Origin: a virus
Taxonomy: Duplodnaviria > Caudoviricetes
Strand: one strand, 5' to 3'
IMG/VR virus record: IMGVR_UViG_3300005512_000042
Location: 1-56,552 of that record
DNA: 56,552 nucleotides
Below the pieces are notes generated by a model. It had not been told where the DNA came from, did no database searches, and saw nothing but the letters and a program-made list of their open reading frames with translations. Every line of letters starts with the position of its first letter. Positions within the stretch are counted from its first letter, which is position 1. Below, one piece after another: positions 8,903-17,402 of the stretch. The translations under genes and the position numbers were made by a program.

Positions 8903-11107
8903 TCAAACTCTACCTGCGACTTCTTCAAAGCTAACGCCTGTGCGTGTAGCAACGAAGGTCAGGGTGATGTAGTTGATAGACTTGGTTGGTTTCAAGAAGA
9001 TATCTGCTCTGAACTCATTGTTATCAATGACATCAGGAGTGTTGTTCGTCTCATCACAAACAACCAAGAAACCATAAACACCGCCCTTTGCTTGAACGTC
9101 ACGGAGATAAGGTTCAACAATATTTCTAAAGTTGGATCTTGTCAGTTCATCGTTCAATTCAAAGAGTTGAGCTTGTGCTGCTTTTTCAAGTGCTTGCTCA
9201 ACAGTGAGGAACAATCTTCTAACGTTGATTCTATCGAAAGCAGATGCATAAGACAATGCAGTCTTATCACCGAAGAGGAATGTACCTTGACCAGCCTTGG
9301 TGATGAAAGAGTTGATTCTGTTAGGATACAGTTTATCTCTTTGTGCCTTGGTTGGATTATATGCCAGTTTGACAGCGTTTCTCAAAACACCTCTTCTTTG
9401 TCCTGCGGGAGAATACCATGGATAGGAAACAATCGCAGTACGAGTCAGCATACCAGCAACGTCTGCGTTACATGGAATGTAACGGAATTCATTATTGAAT
9501 CTATCGTAGGTATACTTATAACCACTGTCGAATACAGCGTATGAAGAAGATGTCAGAGGTGTGTAGTACTCAATCAGATTGTCTGTTTGAGTTGAAGTGT
9601 TGGTTACGTTAACCAAGTCTGCTCTATGAGGTCCGATCAATGCCATGCAATCCTGTCTTTGCTCTGCGAGAGCAATCAGATAGTTTGCTTTTGCTTGAGA
9701 TTCAGACTTATTACCAAGACCAGGACCCATGATCAGATAATCAACTTCAACTTCATCCTTGTTCTCAAAGAGTTGGTAAGAAGTTTTTAGAGCACCTAAT
9801 GTTGCCCCAAAACCACCAGAGTTGGAGTAATCTCCGCCACCAGTCAGAGAATAAGTTATATTGCCTATTGCACTAAAGGTGACGCCTTGTGCATTTTGAC
9901 CCCAAAGACCATCTCCAGTAGTAATTGGAGTATATCCAGAGGAGAAACCAGTCGAACGTGGTACAGTGCTCCAGTTCAAATCTTGTGCTTGGGAAGGATT
10001 ATACCCAGCATAAACATTCTTAGAGAATTCTGCAATATACTCTTTATAGTAAATTCTCTGTGGGGAATTTACAGTTGAAACTGCATCAAGTGACTTAGAA
10101 AGATTGATGTGCTTCTCAAGAACGTTGCCCTGAATACCTGTTACATCACCATCATCATCCACAACAACAACGTGAAGTGCATCACCTTCACCTGCTCTCT
10201 GTGTAGAGTAGAGGTTAGAGGTTGGTCTAGGTGCAAGAGACTTCCAGTAGACGGTTGAATTATTCAGACCTAAAGTCTGCTGGTCATACCAGTCAACTAC
10301 GCTACTTGGGGTGATCGCTGCTGTTGCAGAACCGCCGGTATTGATACCTGCGTTGTTGACGAATACCAGACTATCAGCAGTATCGAAAGAAGCAAATGCT
10401 GTGCCTTCTTGATAGTTGATCTTAGTTTCTGTTGAACCGCTACCAACTGTTTCTACGCGAGAAACAACTTTAACGTCAATCGTAGATTGTCCAGCGGTAG
10501 AAGTGCTAACACCAGTAATGATACCCTTGAGATATCCAGTGAAAGATGCTGTTGTACCAGAACCAGGAATGACAACTCCACTCAGTGAAGCAGTTACGCC
10601 GTAACCAATTTGAGCACCTGAATCAGAAAGGTTAGTTGTGTTGATACCGATTGTTTGGTCTGCCAAATCATCGATAACGCAAACCTTCAGACCGTTAGCC
10701 CAAGAACCAGGGTTCTTGGCAGCCCATGTGAAATCTGTAGCACTCTCATGATTGTTCTGATAGTCATCATAGTTCAGAACTTGAAGTGCGTTTGTTGATG
10801 CAATACCTACGCCTGCGTTAGCATTGTTCAGAGTAGTGCCGCCTGTTCTTACAACCTTCAATACGCCACCGTATGAAAGGTAAGAAGAAGCAGACATCCA
10901 GTATTCATACTGTGCATCGGTGCTCTTAGGCTTACCGAATGTATCGATGAATTCTACTTCACTGTTTACTTGAACAACCTCATCCACAGGACCGATTGCG
11001 AAGGGACCCGCAATTGCTCCAATATTATCTAAAACATTATCAGCTCTTCCAACAGTTAGATCAACTTCTCTGATTAATACACCAGGAGATAATTGAGGAG
11101 TCGCCAT
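8903..11107 (-). CDS. gp18: Tail sheath protein gp18
   Basis: SPGVLIREVDLT N-terminus; FDRINVRRLF, CDETNNTPDVID, INYITLTFVATRTG. Confidence 0.98.
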   Translation of the reverse strand: MATPQLSPGVLIREVDLTVGRADNVLDNIGAIAGPFAIGPVDEVVQVNSEVEFIDTFGKPKSTDAQYEYWMSASSYLSYGGVLKVVRTGGTTLNNANAGVGIASTNALQVLNYDDYQNNHESATDFTWAAKNPGSWANGLKVCVIDDLADQTIGINTTNLSDSGAQIGYGVTASLSGVVIPGSGTTASFTGYLKGIITGVSTSTAGQSTIDVKVVSRVETVGSGSTETKINYQEGTAFASFDTADSLVFVNNAGINTGGSATAAITPSSVVDWYDQQTLGLNNSTVYWKSLAPRPTSNLYSTQRAGEGDALHVVVVDDDGDVTGIQGNVLEKHINLSKSLDAVSTVNSPQRIYYKEYIAEFSKNVYAGYNPSQAQDLNWSTVPRSTGFSSGYTPITTGDGLWGQNAQGVTFSAIGNITYSLTGGGDYSNSGGFGATLGALKTSYQLFENKDEVEVDYLIMGPGLGNKSESQAKANYLIALAEQRQDCMALIGPHRADLVNVTNTSTQTDNLIEYYTPLTSSSYAVFDSGYKYTYDRFNNEFRYIPCNADVAGMLTRTAIVSYPWYSPAGQRRGVLRNAVKLAYNPTKAQRDKLYPNRINSFITKAGQGTFLFGDKTALSYASAFDRINVRRLFLTVEQALEKAAQAQLFELNDELTRSNFRNIVEPYLRDVQAKGGVYGFLVVCDETNNTPDVIDNNEFRADIFLKPTKSINYITLTFVATRTGVSFEEVAGRV

Positions 11108-11140
11108 GTTTTTCTCCGTAAATCTCAGTTTAACTAAAAA

Positions 11141-11148
11141 TATTTATT
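11141..11148 (-). promoter_or_regulatory. Late promoter (AATAAATA) upstream of gp18
   Basis: TAAATA core; GGAG Shine-Dalgarno before the gp18 ATG. Confidence 0.6.
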
Positions 11149-11183
11149 CAAACCTATATTTTCAGTGGGGAAACATGACGTGA

Positions 11184-11414
11184 CTACCAGTCTGGGTAAC
11201 TCCAGTCTACAAACGGGTCAGTCTTTCTCTTATTTTCCTTGACTCTATTTATTGTACACTCCTTACACTCATATGAATATGATGATGCTACTGGTCCTCT
11301 ATTTTTTCTAGTTCTATAAAACCCTTCTACTAGATTTTTTATCTCCCCACAGGTTCTACACTTCCTATCAGCAAATAATAGGTGACCTAGTTTTAGTTGA
11401 CCATCGAAGTCCAT
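11184..11414 (-). CDS. Small zinc-finger protein (CxxC...CxxC)
   Basis: KCRTCGEIK...FY...YECKEC; probable start is the ATG overlapping the gp17 stop (TGATG). Confidence 0.75.
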   Translation of the reverse strand: MDFDGQLKLGHLLFADRKCRTCGEIKNLVEGFYRTRKNRGPVASSYSYECKECTINRVKENKRKTDPFVDWSYPDW

Positions 11415-13072
11415 CAGTACCGCCACATATAATCCATACCGCCTGCTGTCTCCCCATATTCAGATCCATTGAACCATCTATCTCCATCATCATCTACAAA
11501 ACTATTATCTCCTAAACCATCATCCATAAACCCAAAAGGTGCCATATCCTGTTCGATTTGATTCTTCTGCTCTTCATATAATCTCTTACGAACATCCTGG
11601 TCAGTCAGTTCTTTGAAGTAATCCTGTGCTACCAACCAAGCATAGATTACAAGACACATTGCAAGGTCATCATTACATCCTTCTTCCGCCTCAAATGAGT
11701 TATGCTTTGAAATAAAAGTGGTCAATTCAGATATGATTTCATAATCATTGAAAAGTAACTTGTTCTCCTCAATCATGGTCTTTAGGTTGAGTGAACCGAC
11801 CTTCTTCACAGTCTTGGACATCTTAACACCCAACTGCGTCTTTTTACCAGAGAAACCTTGCCCTACAATTTGTCCTGCTCTACCTCTCATAGAGCACATC
11901 AGTAAGTTCTGATATTCAAGGTCATATTGTAGAATAGATGCCACCTGGTCACCGATATCATTTACTTCGCATAATATAAATGCTTCATTATAACTTTTAC
12001 ATACTTCCCAAATTAGATTTGGGAATAGCATTGGTTTGATTGAATTATTTCTATACTTAGCAACCACCCTATGCGGAAACTGTGTAATATCTACAACTAC
12101 AAAGGCAGAATAATCTTCTCCAACACCTCTTGCTACGTCAACAGTACAGACATAATCATGGGCAGGTTGAGATTCCTCATATACATCTAAACCTGCATTT
12201 TGCTTAATGGGAGAATCGTACACTAACGTTCTAAGTTTTGATGGTGCAATCAGAGTATCGACAGAACCAAGAAATTCACACTCGAACTCAATCTTGAATT
12301 GCTGTTCTGATGTGTTAGCAATTGTTTGTTCTCTCCACTTGGAGTCTCTGCCTGGAACTTCAGACCAATGAACATCTGTAGGAACATATTCATTTTTACC
12401 CTTCTCAGCATCATGCCACATTCGATAGAAGTGGTTCATGCCGTGAGGCGTTGAAACTATAATTACTTTCGTGCTTTTACCGGAAGTAATAGTAGGATAA
12501 ACAGAGGCAAAGAAGGCATCTGCGATATGGTTCGGAACGAATGCAAATTCGTCGAGGAAGAGGATATTGAATGACATGCCTCGGACAGCACTTGCAGATG
12601 TAGAAGCAGCCAGAATCTTTGATCCATTCTCCAGTTCGATATTACCTTTGTTCCATACTATAACACCTTGTTGCATCCATTTAGGTAAGTTTTCATACGC
12701 AGTAGCTAAACGTGCTAACAGTTCTCTTGCTGTTGATGCTTTGTTCGCTAGGATACCGATGTTTACACTGTCATTAAAGACAGCATAGTGAAGTAAATAT
12801 GATACACACGTTGTAGACTTACCAGTCTGTCGCGGCATCTTGCAGATGTTAAATCTGTGGTTATGAAAATTATTGATTAACTTCTCTTGAAAGTCATAAG
12901 TTCTAAAGGGTTGAAGACCATGGTCAAGAGTCACAATCTTCACATAGTTATGAGCAAAATATACTGGGTCGTCTTTACACCTCAGATATTCCTCAACTTG
13001 CTCTTGGGTAAATTGGATTTGGGTATTCGCCTTCTTTAGAAGGGGATTGCCTAGATATACATCACTACTCAT
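11414..13072 (-). CDS. gp17: Terminase large subunit gp17
   Basis: YLGNPLLK, PRQTGKST Walker A, LDEFAF Walker B, STPHG, DDLAM nuclease motif. Confidence 0.99.
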   Translation of the reverse strand: MSSDVYLGNPLLKKANTQIQFTQEQVEEYLRCKDDPVYFAHNYVKIVTLDHGLQPFRTYDFQEKLINNFHNHRFNICKMPRQTGKSTTCVSYLLHYAVFNDSVNIGILANKASTARELLARLATAYENLPKWMQQGVIVWNKGNIELENGSKILAASTSASAVRGMSFNILFLDEFAFVPNHIADAFFASVYPTITSGKSTKVIIVSTPHGMNHFYRMWHDAEKGKNEYVPTDVHWSEVPGRDSKWREQTIANTSEQQFKIEFECEFLGSVDTLIAPSKLRTLVYDSPIKQNAGLDVYEESQPAHDYVCTVDVARGVGEDYSAFVVVDITQFPHRVVAKYRNNSIKPMLFPNLIWEVCKSYNEAFILCEVNDIGDQVASILQYDLEYQNLLMCSMRGRAGQIVGQGFSGKKTQLGVKMSKTVKKVGSLNLKTMIEENKLLFNDYEIISELTTFISKHNSFEAEEGCNDDLAMCLVIYAWLVAQDYFKELTDQDVRKRLYEEQKNQIEQDMAPFGFMDDGLGDNSFVDDDGDRWFNGSEYGETAGGMDYMWRY

Positions 13073-13077
13073 AAAAA

Positions 13078-14433
13078 TTACCTAGTTTCTCTCCACTGAA
13101 ATGCATTGTAAATATCTGTTTCACTATTATCAGATAAATTTTCTACAATAATAGCAAAAATATTACTATCATTAGAATCAATGTTTTGTGCAATATAAGA
13201 TCTTCTTGCAGTAGTTGGATTAAATGCAACCGTAGATGATGCTTGCTTTCCTGATGGATTGTTTGCAGCAAGTAATGTTGTGTTCTTCAAGTCACCACCA
13301 GTTGTTGTAAAACTTGTTCCAATACCAACATTATATTCAACTGCAGAATCATCATTAGCACTTACCCAAGTTCCACCTGTAATATTACTATTGCCTGGTA
13401 ATCTCCAAATCTCAAGTCTAGCATTTGTGGAAGCACTCAATACTTCAATATCAGTCAATCTAACTGTTGTTCTATTTGGAATTCCTTTGAATGTATTAGA
13501 TAGTCTAATAGCACCTACACATTGTCTAAATGTGCTTTGTGTATTTCTTGATAAAGTTATTGGTCCATTATGTGCAGCAAACTCAACACCAGTTTCAACA
13601 TATCCACCTTCACTCATTACAGTGGAGCAGATTTGTTCCATTGATGTAATACCAACAGCAGCTGCTGTATTAGCAATCTCACATCTAATTGGAAGTGATG
13701 GAAGCGACCAATATGCATGTTCTTCCACATTAGCGTGATTAAATTCATGGAAGTATATAGTTTGCCCACCCAGAACAAATCCACATCTTATCCTACCCAC
13801 ACCCAACCATTGAAAGTCTGAAACAAACAACTGTGTTTTGGTGAAGTCCAAAGATATACTGGTAATACCAGTGCCATCCATAGGATCTAAATTCCAATTA
13901 ACCTGATTAACGACTGTATCACTAGCAATTCCAGTATTAAAAGATCTCTTTACAACAGAAACAGTTCCATCTCCCTCTTGTTGAACAAATACACCATTTC
14001 TATCATCATAATATCCCACTTTCTTTGTTGTATTTTCTCTTACATCAAGAAAATTAAAACTTGCCATTATAAATTGAGACTTACCAGGCATGTAATGGTG
14101 ATACATTCTGGATTGGTGGATAACCTGATCCGTTGCACCATTTCCAACAATTAATGCAATAGATGCTGTATTTGGATTTACTTCGGTTGTAGCACCAACA
14201 CCAACAGTTTTCGTAAGAAGTTCTACTTCTTCACCATAAATGTGTGTATAGTCGGCAAGTGTAAATGGTTGCGATGTTCTTGATCTTCCAAAAGCATCAA
14301 CTGATCCACCACTTGTACCAGTAGTTACTCCACAATCTCCAATGTTGCCGTATCTGTCGGCACACATAAACACTTCATGAAGTGTTCTTTCTTGGTTTAG
14401 ATAATCTTGTGTATTCTTATTCCACTGTGCCAT
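13078..14433 (-). CDS. Putative virion structural protein (451 aa, beta-rich)
   Basis: VDAFGRSRTS, Y.PGKSQ, DFQWLGVGR motifs of a recurrent phage structural family; late cluster. Confidence 0.7.
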   Translation of the reverse strand: MAQWNKNTQDYLNQERTLHEVFMCADRYGNIGDCGVTTGTSGGSVDAFGRSRTSQPFTLADYTHIYGEEVELLTKTVGVGATTEVNPNTASIALIVGNGATDQVIHQSRMYHHYMPGKSQFIMASFNFLDVRENTTKKVGYYDDRNGVFVQQEGDGTVSVVKRSFNTGIASDTVVNQVNWNLDPMDGTGITSISLDFTKTQLFVSDFQWLGVGRIRCGFVLGGQTIYFHEFNHANVEEHAYWSLPSLPIRCEIANTAAAVGITSMEQICSTVMSEGGYVETGVEFAAHNGPITLSRNTQSTFRQCVGAIRLSNTFKGIPNRTTVRLTDIEVLSASTNARLEIWRLPGNSNITGGTWVSANDDSAVEYNVGIGTSFTTTGGDLKNTTLLAANNPSGKQASSTVAFNPTTARRSYIAQNIDSNDSNIFAIIVENLSDNSETDIYNAFQWRETR

Positions 14434-14436
14434 AAT

Positions 14437-14757
14437 TTATACCCAATCTAATTTTGCTGGATGATACCTCTTATCATTTTTGATTCTAATTGATGATTCT
14501 GGTTCTTCAGAAACATAAATGTTCTGAACGATAGCACCAGGATATTCACCTTGCAAATATTCTGCTAGTTGAGTTTTTGTTGGAATGCCATTTTCAGTTA
14601 CCATAGAAATTCTATGGATATTTCCTCTAAAAACAATATCTGCAGAAAACTCTTCTCCAACATCTCTCTGCTGAGATTCAGCACCAACATTCAGAGTACC
14701 ATTAAAGTCTCCTGCAATGTTGATACTTTCGTCAATAAACTGCTTAAAACTTTTCAT
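14437..14757 (-). CDS. Putative capsid-internal protein with capsid-targeting-sequence-like N-terminus
   Basis: Probable start MKSFKQFIDE (Met5 of the track ORF), resembling the T4 IP leader MKTYQEFIAE. Confidence 0.65.
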   Translation of the reverse strand: MKSFKQFIDESINIAGDFNGTLNVGAESQQRDVGEEFSADIVFRGNIHRISMVTENGIPTKTQLAEYLQGEYPGAIVQNIYVSEEPESSIRIKNDKRYHPAKLDWV

Positions 14758-14762
14758 TCTAC

Positions 14763-16268
14763 TCACCACTTAACTTTATTAGCCCAATAAGCTGCACTCA
14801 TCTTACCTTTTGCAATATTTTTTGCATGTCTGGTTTTAAATCTCTTTCGACGAGATGCATACTCATTAGATTCTCCTTCCTTTTTGGGAGAACCCTTTAC
14901 CCCTAATTGACCAAAACGAATTAATTTCTCTTTACCATCTTCACATGCTTTTACAACATGTGATTTTCCAGTTTCTCCAGAACCATGTGCTTGTGCCTTG
15001 GGTTTATTGCAAGGCATCTCAGACTTTTTTCCTTCCAAGAGACCTCCTTCACTGTTTTTGCCGGACTTTTTTGTCCAAGCAGCACCCTCCTGAACTTGCA
15101 AGAATTGTTCACCAGGTTTGATATCAGAGATATAGAATGAATTTACTCTACCACCAGGATATACTTTCTCAACTTCTGCTTGAACATCCTTTCTAGATGG
15201 TTTGCCGGTATGTGGGAAGAACATCTTCAGCATCATGTACTTGCCTCTGAAAGAAATCGTTGCAAGGATGATGTTGCCAGTCTTTGAAGGAAGTCTAGTT
15301 GCCTCAACCATGTTCTCAATATCATAAGTATCCCACTCAGCAGCAGACTCAACAGTCTTGATAGGTTCAGGTTTGATAATGTCCTGAATCACCGCAAAGG
15401 TATCACCATATGCATCTGAAATTTCAATTTCTTCTTTCTTTGTTTTATTGCCCCAGTTCTTAGCACCTTTCTTACGACACTTGACTAATGCTCCAGAGGC
15501 ATAAGCAGAAGGCCATACAGAATAGCGTGACTTGACCTTATGATAACAAGCGTCCTTCTTTCCCTCTTCTTCTACCTGAATAAGTTCGACTTCTTCTTTT
15601 CTCAGACCCAACTTGCCAAGTAAAGACTTCTTCTTTGGTTTAGCAGAAAGAGAACCACCCCTCTGACGCTTTGCATAATCCATGTATGATTCGCCGGGAC
15701 GCAGTTTCTTAGAATCGTCTTTCTTAGCAGAAGAGGATGAAGAGGATGGTTGTGAACCTCGGTCTTCGCGGTGTCTTGCCTTTGCTTCACCACCATATTG
15801 ACGATCTTTCTTAGGGTCGGGATGCCAGTAATCTGCTTCGTGGAGTGTTTCTTCTGTCTTCACGTTGATTGCCTTCCCTTTTCTATTTGGATTTGGATCT
15901 TCTTTTTGTTTGCGGCGGAATGCTGCTTGCTCTTCATCTTTATCAAGATTGCGCTTCATCTTACTAGAACCACACTTTGGTTTAGTAGTCTGACCAGGTT
16001 GTTTAGCACAAGGTTTACCTGCATACTCACCACCTAACTGAACCCAACCTTTTTTGCCGTCAGAAGACTTAGATTTGCTGAACCAGTCATGTAGTGAACT
16101 GTCTCCACTCTTATTGCCTTCAGTGATACCAGATTCAGCTGCTGCTTCAGCAGTTTCTTTTTCAGTAGCATCATCTACACTATACTTATCGAACAGTTTA
16201 GGACCATACCCACACTGTTCTCTAGTCTCTTTCTTTTTACAAAGGCGGCAATACTTCTTTCCTGACAT
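14763..16268 (-). CDS. Mosaic basic multi-module protein (501 aa), putative head-internal polyprotein
   Basis: Lys-rich modules separated by acidic linkers ending in hydrophobic-x-E|G/A; late promoter GATAAATA at 16292-16299. Confidence 0.8.
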   Translation of the reverse strand: MSGKKYCRLCKKKETREQCGYGPKLFDKYSVDDATEKETAEAAAESGITEGNKSGDSSLHDWFSKSKSSDGKKGWVQLGGEYAGKPCAKQPGQTTKPKCGSSKMKRNLDKDEEQAAFRRKQKEDPNPNRKGKAINVKTEETLHEADYWHPDPKKDRQYGGEAKARHREDRGSQPSSSSSSAKKDDSKKLRPGESYMDYAKRQRGGSLSAKPKKKSLLGKLGLRKEEVELIQVEEEGKKDACYHKVKSRYSVWPSAYASGALVKCRKKGAKNWGNKTKKEEIEISDAYGDTFAVIQDIIKPEPIKTVESAAEWDTYDIENMVEATRLPSKTGNIILATISFRGKYMMLKMFFPHTGKPSRKDVQAEVEKVYPGGRVNSFYISDIKPGEQFLQVQEGAAWTKKSGKNSEGGLLEGKKSEMPCNKPKAQAHGSGETGKSHVVKACEDGKEKLIRFGQLGVKGSPKKEGESNEYASRRKRFKTRHAKNIAKGKMSAAYWANKVKW

Positions 16269-16297
16269 CTCAGTAAGATAAATCTTTTAGTTATTTA

Positions 16298-17098
16298 TCA
16301 ACCATCAAGTGCTAGAGCAAGACCAATGGTAACTCCAGGTAGAGAGACCCAATTAGTTCCGTCATAATACTCTAATTTCTTTGTTGTTATATTGTATATA
16401 ATTGCTCCCTCATTGAAAGAACCACCATCTCTAGCATTGGTTGTATACTGAGGCATGTAGAATGCATTTGATACAGACATAGTGCCAAGCGTCGTGGTTC
16501 CAGTTACATCTAGTGTTCCTGCAACTGATAAATTTGTCCCATTTATGAGTTGTAAAGTATCACTATTCCACCTTCCACTGATGTTTTGTGAACCATCTTT
16601 AATGTGGGCAATTTCAATAATACCATCTTCGGTTCCATTACTAGCATCTTTAATCTTACCAGTAATCTTGGCGTAGTTTCTTTCTACACCAGTGTCACTC
16701 TCTCCAGCAAATTTAATCTGACCAAGATAATCTGCATCATCAGGAGAAGAACTGTTTCTATACAGTTTTAGTTCAGGCGCAGCAGAACTTTCAGTATCAG
16801 TGGAAGTAATTGTGACGTTTGATGTTATATTTCCGCTAAAGTTTACATCACTTGTAAATGTAGTTACCCCTGTTACATTAAGAGCACCCCCATAACTAAT
16901 ACCAGTCCCACCATAGTTCTCAACCCAAGGGTTGATTGTAATCACAGTCGTACCTATACCTATACCACCAGTATCCCTTCTCAGAAATAACTTACCGTCA
17001 TAAGTATTCAGAGCTAATTCGCCTAACTCTAAATTTGCCAGCGTAGGTCGTTTTGAAGCGACCGAAGATCGCTTAAACTTAATCTTTGGGGATGCCAT
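16298..17098 (-). CDS. Fibre/spike-like virion protein (266 aa)
   Basis: N-terminal IKFKRS...LELGELALNTYDGKLF domain; C-terminal GAIIYN.TTKKLEYYDGTNW motif typical of phage fibres. Confidence 0.75.
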   Translation of the reverse strand: MASPKIKFKRSSVASKRPTLANLELGELALNTYDGKLFLRRDTGGIGIGTTVITINPWVENYGGTGISYGGALNVTGVTTFTSDVNFSGNITSNVTITSTDTESSAAPELKLYRNSSSPDDADYLGQIKFAGESDTGVERNYAKITGKIKDASNGTEDGIIEIAHIKDGSQNISGRWNSDTLQLINGTNLSVAGTLDVTGTTTLGTMSVSNAFYMPQYTTNARDGGSFNEGAIIYNITTKKLEYYDGTNWVSLPGVTIGLALALDG

Positions 17099-17150
17099 TA
17101 TGTCTCGGTATATACCTGGAAAATCTGATATGTATCAGATATAGAACTAT

Positions 17151-17354
17151 TTAGAACGTGCTTTCATCAGTAGTTTTTGCTGTTCTCTTTGGTTTGGCAA
17201 CTTTCTTTTCTAACTCAGCAATCTGCTGATTGAGTTGTTCTATTGTTTGTTGATATTTCAATTCTCTTGCTTCTAAAGCAATGTTCTGATTAATCGACAT
17301 TGAATATTTGTTTTGATATACTGTAATCAAATTCTTATAATCTTGTTCATCCAT
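17151..17354 (-). CDS. Small coiled-coil protein (possible fibre chaperone)
   Basis: Heptad pattern NIALEARELKYQQTIEQLNQQIAELEKK; follows a fibre gene. Confidence 0.7.
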   Translation of the reverse strand: MDEQDYKNLITVYQNKYSMSINQNIALEARELKYQQTIEQLNQQIAELEKKVAKPKRTAKTTDESTF

Positions 17355-17381
17355 AAAAAAAGAGGGAGATAAACTCCCTCT
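17355..17381 (-). terminator. Rho-independent terminator after the 17403..18968 gene
   Basis: AGAGGGAG-TTTAT-CTCCCTCT plus a T run; abuts late promoter TCTAAATA (17381-17388). Confidence 0.75.
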
Positions 17382-17402
17382 ATTTAGAATATATTATGAA
17401 GG

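Noticed and set aside
2681-13072. Introns or inteins in gp17, gp18, gp20 and gp23
   Set aside because: Frames are uninterrupted, lengths are typical and no splicing motifs were seen.
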